Shown: positions 48,404 to 57,587, numbered from the stretch's first letter. The stretch is 64,000 nucleotides of DNA from Minisyncoccia bacterium (GCA_049296855.1 JBAQTF010000010.1:22094-86093); one strand, 5' to 3'. The notes: a model not told the origin generated them from the letters alone. Numbers and translations: made by a program.

Positions 48404-49882
48404 ATGAAAACGCAAATAAAAAATAAAGGTAGTATAACAATGGAAATACTTCTTGCATTCACAATACTTATTTTGTGCCTTAGCGCTGTTATTCTGGTTG
48501 GCTTTGGTAACCAGAAAATAACAGTGGACTCAGAAATAAATATCGAAGCACTTTCTAAAGCAGGAAAGGTACTAGAAGATGCTAGAGCTTTGTCACGACA
48601 AGATTATCCGTCTGTCACAGCGACTACAGGTACAGAAACTGTAAACGGCCTACAATACACTAAGACGTTAAGTATTAATGATATAACTCAGTGCAAAAAA
48701 CAAGCTATGTCAACTATTACATGGACAACTGAAGGACGGTCACAAAAGATTGAACTCGTAACATATCTATCTGATATAGCCGGGGCTATGACGCTTGGTG
48801 GTGATTGTATAGGTGAACCTGGCCCAAACTGGAACAATCCGAAAAAATTTGCATCTGATAATATGAGTCCAGGAAAATCTACAGCGATTGACATTTCGAA
48901 TCGTATAGCTTATTTAGGTTCTGACAAAAATCCATATTTCTATATAGCTGATACAAGAAGTGCAACTTTAGGTCAGACTAGCGGCTTGTTTGTAACATTT
49001 ACAAATAATTTTACGACCGACGACACAATTAATTCACTTGATGCAGTTCATAACAGCACAACTGATAAAAATTATGTTTTTGCGGTATTAGCATCCTCGA
49101 CTGCTCAACTTATAGTTATAGACACCACTGATATTTATAACCCGACTCTAGTCGCAAAAAAGCGTTTATCAGCTTGTGTCGCTGGATCATTCCCAGAAGG
49201 GTGGCGACTTTATTATTACAAAGATCGTATTTACTTAACGACTCGTTATACTGCTGGACCTGAGTTTCATATTTTTAATGTCAGCGACCCAACTAATCCA
49301 GTAGAATTTTCGATTGGAAGTGTTGGGTGTAAAGGATTAGATTTAGGAAATACAGTAAACGGTATGGTAGTAGCAGAGCAGAAAATTGGCGGTATAACAA
49401 AACGTTTTATTTATTTTGCAACAGATGAAAGTGATAAGGAACTCAGAGTTTTTGACATAACAAGTTCAATCAACCCAATAGAAGTCACAACAGCAAATCA
49501 GGACTTAAGTGGCGCACAAAATGGACAAAGTGTTTATATCATTGGGAATAAACTGTTTTTTGGGAGACAGTCCACTCCATCTGGACCAGATCTTTATGTA
49601 TATAACATAAGTGACCCTTTTTCAGGACTTCCCCTTCTTGGTTCAAAAGATATTACTACTGGTGTCCTTCAAATACGTGTATCTGGAAAATTTGCTTTTC
49701 TTGCAACTCCACAATCAAACAAAGAATTTCAAGTCTGGGATATTTCTGACCTTTCAAATATCTCACTGATTAAAGCTTACAACTTTGGAAACATAGTCGA
49801 ACAAGGTGTCGACTATGAGCCTGATTGGATTTATGCCACTGGTCAAGCTACTCCTAACTTCCAAATGCTTTATAACCAGTAA
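48404..49882 (+). CDS. Pseudopilin-anchored LVIVD-repeat beta-propeller protein (putative pilus-tip adhesin)
   Basis: N-terminal pilin-like helix (KGSITMEILLAFTILILCLSAVILVG). At least six repeats of the LVIVD type (YIADTRSATLG, LIVIDTTDIYNPTLVA, IFNVSDPTNPVEF, VFDITSSINPIEV, VYNISDPFSGLPLLG, VWDISDLSNISLI). Confidence 0.6.
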   Translation: MKTQIKNKGSITMEILLAFTILILCLSAVILVGFGNQKITVDSEINIEALSKAGKVLEDARALSRQDYPSVTATTGTETVNGLQYTKTLSINDITQCKKQAMSTITWTTEGRSQKIELVTYLSDIAGAMTLGGDCIGEPGPNWNNPKKFASDNMSPGKSTAIDISNRIAYLGSDKNPYFYIADTRSATLGQTSGLFVTFTNNFTTDDTINSLDAVHNSTTDKNYVFAVLASSTAQLIVIDTTDIYNPTLVAKKRLSACVAGSFPEGWRLYYYKDRIYLTTRYTAGPEFHIFNVSDPTNPVEFSIGSVGCKGLDLGNTVNGMVVAEQKIGGITKRFIYFATDESDKELRVFDITSSINPIEVTTANQDLSGAQNGQSVYIIGNKLFFGRQSTPSGPDLYVYNISDPFSGLPLLGSKDITTGVLQIRVSGKFAFLATPQSNKEFQVWDISDLSNISLIKAYNFGNIVEQGVDYEPDWIYATGQATPNFQMLYNQ

Positions 49883-49892
49883 TCTGAAAAAT

Positions 49893-50384
49893 ATGAAAGA
49901 TTCGAAAAAAAATTCTGGTGGTTTCACAATAATCGAGGTTGTTATTTATATCGCCCTTTTTTCTATTCTCATGACCGGGTGCCTCACTGTCGCCTACCAA
50001 CTTTTAGACGGATCTGGGAAGTTAAATAGTAAATCAGTGATTGAAAACGAGGGTAATTTTGTTTTACGAAAATTCGCTTGGGTATTGACAGGAATCGATC
50101 CAGCAATAGTTCCGACCACAGGTGGCTCTGGATGTTTACAAACTTTAACTATTAGCAAAACAGACAGCACAGTGAGTCCTGTTGTCATCAGATTAAACAC
50201 TATATCGGGAATAAATTACATCGAAATACAAAGAAATGGTGGATCATTCTACCCAATCACTACCATAAATGTTTCACCAACATGTCTTAAATTTTCTCTT
50301 ATTTCTGGAACTCCAACAGGGGTAAGTGCGATTGCAACTATTAGTGGAGTTGATTTCTCAATGACGAAATACGTCCGTAAATAA
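49893..50384 (+). CDS. Pseudopilin
   Basis: SGGFTIIEVVIYIALFSILM prepilin motif. The start is set at the internal ATG at 49893. Confidence 0.6.
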   Translation: MKDSKKNSGGFTIIEVVIYIALFSILMTGCLTVAYQLLDGSGKLNSKSVIENEGNFVLRKFAWVLTGIDPAIVPTTGGSGCLQTLTISKTDSTVSPVVIRLNTISGINYIEIQRNGGSFYPITTINVSPTCLKFSLISGTPTGVSAIATISGVDFSMTKYVRK

Positions 50385-50387
50385 AAT

Positions 50388-50789
50388 ATGAAACAAAAAA
50401 CAGAAAAAAATAAAGGTTTTATAGCTTTGATATCGGTCGTATTTATTTCCACTATACTACTTCTAGTTGCCGTAACACTTTCTCTTTCTGGGTTTTATGG
50501 ACGTTATAATATTTTAGACTCCGAATTAAAAGATCGAAGCTTTGCTCTAGCTGAAGCCTGCGCTGATACAGCTCTCCTCAAACTTGCAAACGATAGTAGC
50601 TACAATCCTATAGATGAAATCATAAACATAAATATTGACAGTTGTTTAATTAAGAGCGTTGCAGTCAGTGATAGTAATAAAATAATTCTTATTAAAGAAA
50701 ATTACAAAAACTATTACACTAATTTGAGAATTACTGTTGACTCTATTACACTTTCTGTAATTTCGTGGGAGGAAGTGCCAATATTATAA
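50388..50789 (+). CDS. Pseudopilin-like protein (GspJ/K-like)
   Basis: NKGFIALISVVFISTILLLVAVTLSL N-terminus. Confidence 0.5.
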   Translation: MKQKTEKNKGFIALISVVFISTILLLVAVTLSLSGFYGRYNILDSELKDRSFALAEACADTALLKLANDSSYNPIDEIININIDSCLIKSVAVSDSNKIILIKENYKNYYTNLRITVDSITLSVISWEEVPIL

Positions 50790-50872
50790 AGGATTCACAA
50801 AAACATAAACTTGTGATAGCCTGAGCGAATCTTAAAAAGAATAGAATTACAAACTTAACTTAACTTACCAAT

Positions 50873-51367
50873 ATGAAGAAAACAGCAAAGATTAAGGGTT
50901 TTACGTTGATTGAAATCTTGGTTGTTATAGGTATCATTGCCGTGCTAGCGACTATTGTGATCATAGCAATTAACCCAGCTCGACAGTTCGCTCAAGCTCG
51001 AAATACTCAAAGACAAGCAAATATAAACTCAATTCTAAACGCGATCGGACAACATATTGCAGACAACAAGGGTATCTTTCTAGGTGGATCTCCTGCTTGT
51101 CCAGCCCTTGCAGTTAGTACAGCAAGCTCAAGTATCATGATTGAAGCAGGAACTCCTCCAACTTTACCATCAACCAATATTAATCTGTCATGTCTTGTCC
51201 CTACTTATATACCATCATTTCCAACTGACCCTGACACAACATTTGCTGTTACTGGTTATAGTGGATACGATATAAGTACAGATGCAAATGGACGAGTTAT
51301 GGTTTGTGCTTCAAAAGCACAGGAACCTGCGATTTCTGGAAGTACAGGAATCTGTGTGATTCGGTAA
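50873..51367 (+). CDS. Type IV pilin / major pseudopilin
   Basis: MKKTAKIKGFTLIEILVVIGIIAVLATIV. Confidence 0.75.
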   Translation: MKKTAKIKGFTLIEILVVIGIIAVLATIVIIAINPARQFAQARNTQRQANINSILNAIGQHIADNKGIFLGGSPACPALAVSTASSSIMIEAGTPPTLPSTNINLSCLVPTYIPSFPTDPDTTFAVTGYSGYDISTDANGRVMVCASKAQEPAISGSTGICVIR

Positions 51368-51443
51368 TAAAGACTATTTTGTTTAAATATGTTTACTTGA
51401 CTTTATTTTTATATATGATACAATGAAAGGAGGAGGTTAGCAG

Positions 51444-51653
51444 ATGCTGAACCAGTTGATGAGCTACGTCATCATCTCGCTCTTAATGTTGTTCGGTTTC
51501 GACGTTCTGCTTTTCCAGGAAAATGCCTGGCGACGCGGGATGACCAGACGGGTACTCCGCTGGGGATGGAACCTAGCGGTGCGATTCGTCGCTTACCTCC
51601 TTCGTCTTGGAGGTGTTCTGGTTACAATATTCATTCTCGGCCATCTACCATGA
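51444..51653 (+). CDS. GC-rich small (69 aa) two-TM peptide with an Arg/Trp-rich loop
   Basis: Strong Shine-Dalgarno AAAGGAGGAGG 8 nt upstream of the start. MLNQLMSYVIISLLMLFGFDVLLF...RRGMTRRVLRWGWNLAVRFVAYLLRLGGVLVTIFILG. Confidence 0.4.
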   Translation: MLNQLMSYVIISLLMLFGFDVLLFQENAWRRGMTRRVLRWGWNLAVRFVAYLLRLGGVLVTIFILGHLP

Positions 51654-51729
51654 GGAAGTAGATGGCCTTTTCGTTTGTCTAAAATATCTCAAAATATTGT
51701 GCGACACTGAATTATGCTAGAATTTAGTC

Positions 51730-52680
51730 ATGTCTTCTCTTAAACAACTCAAACAACAATTCCTAGAATATATCGAGATAGAAAAGGGTCGCTCTCTCAA
51801 AACTGTCGAGAACTACGACCATTATCTCACTCGCTTTTTAAACTTTACAAAAAATGATGACCCAGGGAAAATCACACCCGATTCCGTACGTGAATTCCGT
51901 CTCTGGCTCAACAGACAATCCGCCACCCAGAGTAAAACTGGAAATGAAACTCTCTCTCGAAAAACTCAGAATTACTATCTCATCGCTCTACGCGCTTTTC
52001 TCAAATATCTTGCAAGACAGGAAATAAAGTCTCTTCCGGCAGAACGTATTGAGTTGGCAAAAGTTGCGGAAAGATCACTTGACCTTATCACTAAAGCAGA
52101 ACTTTCTCGTTTACTTTCCTCTCCAAAAGGCACAGATCTAAAGGATCTCCGTGACAAAGCTATTTTTGAGCTTTTATTTTCAACTGGTCTCCGTGTTTCC
52201 GAGCTCTGTTCTCTCACCTCTGACATTGATCTAACTTCCGACGAACTTTCTATTCGAGGTAAGGGAGGTAAAGTTCGCGTTGTTTTTATTTCAGATGAAG
52301 CAAAAAAATGTTTGAAGGCTTATTTATCAGTGCGCAAAGACATGAGTGATGCACTTTTTGTCCAGATAGAAAGAGAGACTGGAAAAGAAACGTCAAAAAA
52401 AGGAAGTAATAAGGTAAAAACTAAAAATGTGAATCCCCTAACAAAAAGATCTATAGAGAGAATAATAAAACAGCATGCAATAAAAGCTGGGATTTCCAAA
52501 AAAGTAACTCCTCACACCATGCGCCACCTTTTCGCAACCGATCTCTTATCAAACGGCGCAGACATCCGCTCTGTACAAGCACTCCTTGGTCACTCAAGCA
52601 TTATTACCACCCAAATTTATACTCATGTGACGGATAAACACCTAAGTGATATTCATAAAAAATTTCACAATAGAGGTTAA
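51730..52680 (+). CDS. Tyrosine recombinase of the XerC/XerD type
   Basis: Catalytic R...HxxR...Y: HTMRHLFATDLLSNGADIRSVQALLGHSSIITTQIYTHV. It carries a Lys-rich insertion. Confidence 0.85.
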   Translation: MSSLKQLKQQFLEYIEIEKGRSLKTVENYDHYLTRFLNFTKNDDPGKITPDSVREFRLWLNRQSATQSKTGNETLSRKTQNYYLIALRAFLKYLARQEIKSLPAERIELAKVAERSLDLITKAELSRLLSSPKGTDLKDLRDKAIFELLFSTGLRVSELCSLTSDIDLTSDELSIRGKGGKVRVVFISDEAKKCLKAYLSVRKDMSDALFVQIERETGKETSKKGSNKVKTKNVNPLTKRSIERIIKQHAIKAGISKKVTPHTMRHLFATDLLSNGADIRSVQALLGHSSIITTQIYTHVTDKHLSDIHKKFHNRG

Positions 52681-52702
52681 TTTTTTATGTTAGAATAATT
52701 CA

Positions 52703-53500
52703 ATGAAAATAATCTCTTGGAATGTGAATGGAATCAGAGCTGTACATAAGAAAGGACTTTTTGTGCCTTTCGTCGAGAAATACAAACCGGATATTATTTG
52801 TTTACAGGAAACAAAAGCCGAAGAACATCAAAGCGAAGTTGACCTACCTGATTACGAGGAATATTGGAACTCTGCTACTCGTAAAGGCTACAGTGGTACA
52901 GCAATTTTCACTAAAGAGAAACCTCTTTCTATTCTACTAGGAATACCCAAAAAAATAGCAAAGAAATACAAACTCAACGACGATAGCTACGGAGATCCAA
53001 CTACAGAGGGACGTGTTTCTGCTCTTGAGTACAAAGATTTTTATATTGTTACTGTCTACACCCCAAATGCAAAAGATGACCTCTCTCGCATTCCCCTACG
53101 ACACAAGAAATGGGACCCTGCTTTCCTAGAATACATGAAAGAACTCGACAAAAAGAAACCCGTGATTTTTTGCGGAGATTTAAATGTCGCACACACAGAA
53201 GATGACCTAGCAAGACCAAAGGAAAATATCGATAAAAAAGGTTTTACTGCAGAAGAGCGCGAAGGTATAGAAAAAATGATTGATGCTGATTTTGTTGATA
53301 CCTTTCGCATCTTCACAAAAGGCAACGGCCACTACTCATGGTGGAGTCACTTTGCAAATGCTCGCGAAAGAAACATTGGTTGGAGAATAGACTATATTTT
53401 TGTCAGTAAAAAATTAGAAAAAAAAGTAAAATCCTCTCGAATCTATAAAGAAATCTACGGCTCCGACCACTGTCCTGTCGAGGTGGAAATTGATTTATAA
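52703..53500 (+). CDS. xth: Exodeoxyribonuclease III
   Basis: MKIISWNVNGIRA, ...GDLNVAHTEDD..., SDHCPV. Confidence 0.9.
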   Translation: MKIISWNVNGIRAVHKKGLFVPFVEKYKPDIICLQETKAEEHQSEVDLPDYEEYWNSATRKGYSGTAIFTKEKPLSILLGIPKKIAKKYKLNDDSYGDPTTEGRVSALEYKDFYIVTVYTPNAKDDLSRIPLRHKKWDPAFLEYMKELDKKKPVIFCGDLNVAHTEDDLARPKENIDKKGFTAEEREGIEKMIDADFVDTFRIFTKGNGHYSWWSHFANARERNIGWRIDYIFVSKKLEKKVKSSRIYKEIYGSDHCPVEVEIDL

Positions 53501-53574
53501 CAAGAGTTATCCACAGATTTACTCATCTTGTCCTTGACCTGTCTTTTAAGAATGCTAAACTAATCTCAGATGAG

Positions 53575-53855
53575 ATTGAATGTCCGATAAACCCCGGATT
53601 GATAATCTCGAGTTAGTTCCTTCTGTTCTTTGACGCGTGTCGCTTTTTTGGGAGTCGGCCGACTCCCCTATCAGAAGACCATTTGGTTTCCGTAAAGAAA
53701 CGGGTGTAAACAAATTCTCGCTATCTACTATTTTTTTGGAATTTCGTTACAACGTCCGGCTTCGAGGAATACTGTGTGGATCTTCTCCCTCTAAACCGCT
53801 CAATGATGAGTGCCCATCTCGTATGGACTTTCATTATTGGGCGGTTTTTTAATAC
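53575..53855 (-). ncRNA. rnpB: Candidate reduced-size RNase P RNA
   Basis: Minus-strand GAAAGTCCATACGAG (reverse complement of 53818-53832) resembles the P4 5' strand GGAAAGTCCGG/GGAAAGTCCATGC. Minus-strand AATCCGGGGTTTATCGG near 53600 resembles the P4 3' strand ACAGAACCCGGCTTATCGG. GC-rich hairpins lie between them (GGGAGTCGGCCGACTCCC). It sits between xth and cca. Confidence 0.45.
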
Positions 53856-53860
53856 AGAAA

Positions 53861-55330
53861 CTATTTCACATAGTGACTAGAACGTATTTTCTTTATCTCT
53901 TCTTCGTCAGCTTCTTCTTTTGACTGTTTTCCTTGTTTTCCAAGCACCTCAAGTTCGTTTATTGGCAAATTAGCTAGTTCTTTAGCCTTATTTTTAAGAT
54001 ATTCCTCAGTATTTTTCTTTGGATCCTCGAGCACTTCTTCCAAAAGTGCATGTAAAGTAAATCCAACTTTTGGTCCAGGCGCTATTCCCGTTACCTCCAT
54101 TATTTTTTTACCATTAATCTTTAACATTCCAACAGAAATTGGGTCACGAAGTGCCTCTTCTATCATTGCATGATATTTTCGGAGACGGTATGGATCTTCT
54201 TTGGGTCTACCAGTCCCTATACGGTCACATATGCGTAGATTCATAAGATCCCATATGTTTGTCCGTCCAACATTTACAATCATTCTACGGACCGCTGAGA
54301 GCGTTATTTGTTCTGTGTCAGAAAAGAACATGTGCCAACGAATCATTTTTACAACTTTCTCTATAACTTTGCTTGGGTACTTCAGATCTGTCAGAATTTT
54401 TTTTGCTTTTCGTGCTCCGAGTACCTCATGTCCATAAAAAGTCCAGGCTTTGTTTTTTCCACCACTTCTCCGAGACTCGGGTTTGGAAATATCGTGAAAT
54501 AGAGCGCTTAGACGTATTTCTAAAGGGTATTTTTTATCAGCTGAACCCTGCAAAGAACGGAGTAAATGCTCCCAAACATCAAAAGTATGAACACCCCCCT
54601 GCTCAATACCAATAGTTTCCTCTAGCTCTGGTACTATATACTTTAAAATATTCAGCTTTTTCATCAGTAGTAAGCCTTCCATTGGCCTATCAGACATTAC
54701 TATTTTCGTAAATTCTTCGCGTATTCGTTCTTTAGAAATATTTTGAAGAAGATCGGCATTTTCAGAAATAACCCTTTCTGTTACGTGCTCAATTTGAAAT
54801 TCTAGTTCAGCTACAAACCTAACTGCACGAAGAATTCTGAGACCGTCTTCATTGAATCTATTTACTGGATCTCCTACTGTGCGTATAACTTTGTCCTTTA
54901 TATCTTTCTGTCCATCATAAAGGTCAACTACCTCATCCTTAGATAGAGAGTAGGCTAAAGCATTAATAGTAAAGTCACGTCTCTTCAAATCATCCTCTAT
55001 TTTTTGACTAAAAGTGACTGTATCTGGATGTCTATTGTCAGAATATGACGATTCTAGGCGGTATGGAGTCACTTCTATTACTTTTAGTGTTTCATCCTCT
55101 ACTACTTCATTAACCACTCCTACTGTCCCAAATGTATTTTCATAAAATGTCTTGTCGAATAAAGCTATGATTTCATCTGGTTTAGCATTTGTTGTCACAT
55201 CCCAGTCCTTTGGAGCCTTATTTATTACCAAATCTCGTACACATCCACCCACCAAAAAAGCCTCAAAACCAGCTTTTTCTAGTTTCTCTGTTACTTGTGA
55301 AACTTCTTTTGGAATAGAGAACGATTTCAT
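53861..55330 (-). CDS. cca: tRNA nucleotidyltransferase (CCA-adding) / poly(A) polymerase family with an HD domain
   Basis: GGCVRDLVINKAPKDWDVTT nucleotidyltransferase head; HD-domain histidines. Confidence 0.85.
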   Translation of the reverse strand: MKSFSIPKEVSQVTEKLEKAGFEAFLVGGCVRDLVINKAPKDWDVTTNAKPDEIIALFDKTFYENTFGTVGVVNEVVEDETLKVIEVTPYRLESSYSDNRHPDTVTFSQKIEDDLKRRDFTINALAYSLSKDEVVDLYDGQKDIKDKVIRTVGDPVNRFNEDGLRILRAVRFVAELEFQIEHVTERVISENADLLQNISKERIREEFTKIVMSDRPMEGLLLMKKLNILKYIVPELEETIGIEQGGVHTFDVWEHLLRSLQGSADKKYPLEIRLSALFHDISKPESRRSGGKNKAWTFYGHEVLGARKAKKILTDLKYPSKVIEKVVKMIRWHMFFSDTEQITLSAVRRMIVNVGRTNIWDLMNLRICDRIGTGRPKEDPYRLRKYHAMIEEALRDPISVGMLKINGKKIMEVTGIAPGPKVGFTLHALLEEVLEDPKKNTEEYLKNKAKELANLPINELEVLGKQGKQSKEEADEEEIKKIRSSHYVK

Positions 55331-55380
55331 TTTGATTTTTTATTGATTTTATTATACTATAAAACTTACAACTAAAAATT

Positions 55381-55451
55381 GCGGGCATGGTTAAGTGGTA
55401 TAACAGGTCCTTGCCAAGGACCAGTCGAGGTTTCGATTACCTCTGCCCGCA
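55381..55451 (+). tRNA. tRNA-Gly (anticodon GCC)
   Basis: Acceptor GCGGGCA/TGCCCGC, D-arm GTTA-AGTGGTA-TAAC, anticodon loop TTGCCAA, T-arm GAGGT-TTCGATT-ACCTC. Confidence 0.8.
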
Positions 55452-55492
55452 CAAGAAAAAATCAAGTTGAGAATATGGGACTCACCCGGCAG

Positions 55493-55505
55493 GAAACTAT
55501 CCTTA
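55493..55505 (-). repeat. Partial duplicate of the tRNA-Arg 3' end
   Basis: Plus-strand cacccggcaggaa recurs at 55642-55654, inside the tRNA. Confidence 0.5.
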
Positions 55506-55636
55506 CAGGATCAGTACCCCAATTGGATATTTTATTTCGCTAAGCTCACAAAATATCTCAATCGGGCTTCGATTCCTGACGAAAGCCGTACCCACGGCTT
55601 TCTCCGTGGTACACGAAAATTTCGTAATCGAAATTT

Positions 55637-55711
55637 TGGTGCACCCGGCAGGAATCGAACCCACATCCACGGTTCCGAAGACCGGTACTCTATCCGTTGA
55701 GCTACGGGTGC
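55637..55711 (-). tRNA. tRNA-Arg (anticodon UCG)
   Basis: Acceptor GCACCCG/CGGGTGC, anticodon stem-loop CCGGT-CTTCGGA-ACCGT, CCA encoded. Confidence 0.75.
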
Positions 55712-55956
55712 ATCGATCCACTATAACATAATGATGTTTTTACACAATATTTCGTGACTATTGTCCAAATCTGTGGATAACCCTGGGGACATGTGTATTA
55801 AAGACAAGTCTTTAAATATGATTCTATTTAGAGACTTATTCCTGTCTGTTTCATTTCTATGGCTTATAATATGACTTTCTTTAATGGGACATGTCCCAAA
55901 ACTGTCTGTTTTAACCAAAATCTCGAAAAAGTTTCACGTGAAATAGATAAAGCTAT

Positions 55957-56014
55957 AGATTTGATGTTAATCATGAAACAATCAGAGATTCGTTTCATGA
56001 TTAACATCAAATCT
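55957..56014. repeat. Near-perfect palindrome with 23-bp arms and a 12-bp centre
   Basis: AGATTTGATGTTAATCATGAAAC-aatcagagattc-GTTTCATGATTAACATCAAATCT. It sits in the intergenic region upstream of yraN. Confidence 0.75.
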
Positions 56015-56053
56015 CACGTTGCATCTTTGCCATAGTTCAGATATATTTACCGA

Positions 56054-56470
56054 ATGTTTAATAAGAGATTCATAAAGGAACCGACCGAAAAGCAGAGAAT
56101 TGGACAGATTGGTGAAGATTTAGCTTGTGAGTATTTGAGTAAGAATGGTTATAAAGTTATTGAGAGAAACTATTTAAAAAAGTGGGGAGAGATAGATATT
56201 ATTACTAAGAAGGGAAGCAAAATACATTTTGTAGAAGTAAAAGCTGTTACTCGTGAAACAAACGAGATAACAAGAATTGGAGACTCCTACAGGCCTGAGG
56301 ACAATATGCATCCGTGGAAGCTACAGAGACTGGGCAGAGCAATACAGTCCTACCTCCTGGATAAAGACGTCGCTGATAACATAGATTGGCAATTTGATGT
56401 AGCTACGGTTTATTTAGATCAAACAGGCAAACTCCAAAAGATTCTGATTTTGGAAGATATTGTCCTTTAG
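56054..56470 (+). CDS. yraN: YraN-family (UPF0102) endonuclease
   Basis: IGQIGEDLACEYLSKNGYKVIERNY...GEIDIITKKGSKIHFVEVKA. Confidence 0.8.
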   Translation: MFNKRFIKEPTEKQRIGQIGEDLACEYLSKNGYKVIERNYLKKWGEIDIITKKGSKIHFVEVKAVTRETNEITRIGDSYRPEDNMHPWKLQRLGRAIQSYLLDKDVADNIDWQFDVATVYLDQTGKLQKILILEDIVL

Positions 56471-56622
56471 AAAACTTCAATCATAACTTTTCAGAACACA
56501 CATAAAATCTTGCTAGACTTTTGCTCTCGCTCAGCAATCAAGCAATTACCTGAAAATTGATAATTTTCGTTTTTGTAAAATATAGTTTATATGCTAGACT
56601 TCAGTTTGTATTTGTCGTATTT

Positions 56623-56695
56623 CGGAGTGTAGTGTAACGGCTAACATTCCTGTTTTGGGAACAGGCGACTCTGGGTTCGAATCCCAGCACTCCGA
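56623..56695 (+). tRNA. tRNA-Pro (anticodon UGG)
   Basis: Acceptor CGGAGTG/CACTCCG, anticodon stem-loop CCTGT-TTTGGGA-ACAGG, T-arm CTGGG-TTCGAAT-CCCAG. Confidence 0.8.
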
Positions 56696-56698
56696 CAA

Positions 56699-57277
56699 AT
56701 GAAAAGAGTCTTTATGGTCCATGGTTGGGAGGGGAGTCCAGAGAACAACTGGTTTCCTTGGCTTAAAACTAAATTAAGAGATAATGGTTTTGAAGTTATT
56801 GCCCCAACTATGCCTGACACTGATAAGCCGGTAAAATCTGTGTGGTTGAAAACACTCCAGAACTTGATTACAAATCCAGATAAAAATACATACCTTATTG
56901 GTCATAGTATGGGTTGTCAAGCCATTCAAAGATATTTGGAGAGTCTACAAGGTGATATCGTTGTCGGTGGGGCGGTTCTAGTTGCTGGTTGGATAAATGA
57001 TCCTAGGTGGGATGGAAGAACAGAAGAGGAGGCGAAAGTGATCCACGATTGGTTTGACCAACCAAAGGATTACGACAAGATAAAATCTCATTGCAAAAAA
57101 TTTATTTCTATTTTTTCAAGTAACGATCCATTTATACTAAAGACAAACTGGAAAGAATCGGAGGATATTCTTGGTGCAAAAGTAATGATACTAAAAAACA
57201 TGAGTCATTTTGATGATGACGCAGGAATAAAAAAACTTCCAGAAGCTCTGAAGGCTCTTTTAGAAATATCTAAATAA
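56699..57277 (+). CDS. Alpha/beta hydrolase (YdeN/RBBP9-like serine hydrolase)
   Basis: GHSMG nucleophile elbow; 192 aa. Confidence 0.7.
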   Translation: MKRVFMVHGWEGSPENNWFPWLKTKLRDNGFEVIAPTMPDTDKPVKSVWLKTLQNLITNPDKNTYLIGHSMGCQAIQRYLESLQGDIVVGGAVLVAGWINDPRWDGRTEEEAKVIHDWFDQPKDYDKIKSHCKKFISIFSSNDPFILKTNWKESEDILGAKVMILKNMSHFDDDAGIKKLPEALKALLEISK

Positions 57278-57287
57278 AAAAGTAACT

Positions 57288-57587
57288 ATGTCATTTATCA
57301 AAACAAAAGAAGATTTTATTTGTGAGAAATGTGGATTTTTCGTGAATGGAAATGGTTATACAAACCACTGTCCGCAATGTCTGTGGTCAAAGCATGTTGA
57401 TATTTCACCGGGGGATAGGGCGAGTGAGTGTTGTGGAATGATGGAACCGATTCGTGTAGAGAAGAAGGGAAAAGAATACACAATAACTCACAAATGTGAA
57501 AAGTGTAACTTTGAAAAACCAAACAAAGCTGTAAAAGAAGATGACTTCCAAATGCTAATTCAAGTAAGTGCAGAAAACTCCAAGTAG
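57288..57587 (+). CDS. RNHCP-domain zinc-ribbon protein
   Basis: CEKCG...NHCPQC...CEKCN with the conserved HCP motif. Confidence 0.55.
   Translation: MSFIKTKEDFICEKCGFFVNGNGYTNHCPQCLWSKHVDISPGDRASECCGMMEPIRVEKKGKEYTITHKCEKCNFEKPNKAVKEDDFQMLIQVSAENSK

Noticed and set aside
55467-55721. ORFs 55467..55700(+) and 55503..55721(-)
   Set aside because: They overlap tRNA-Arg and its duplicated 3' end. No protein-like features.
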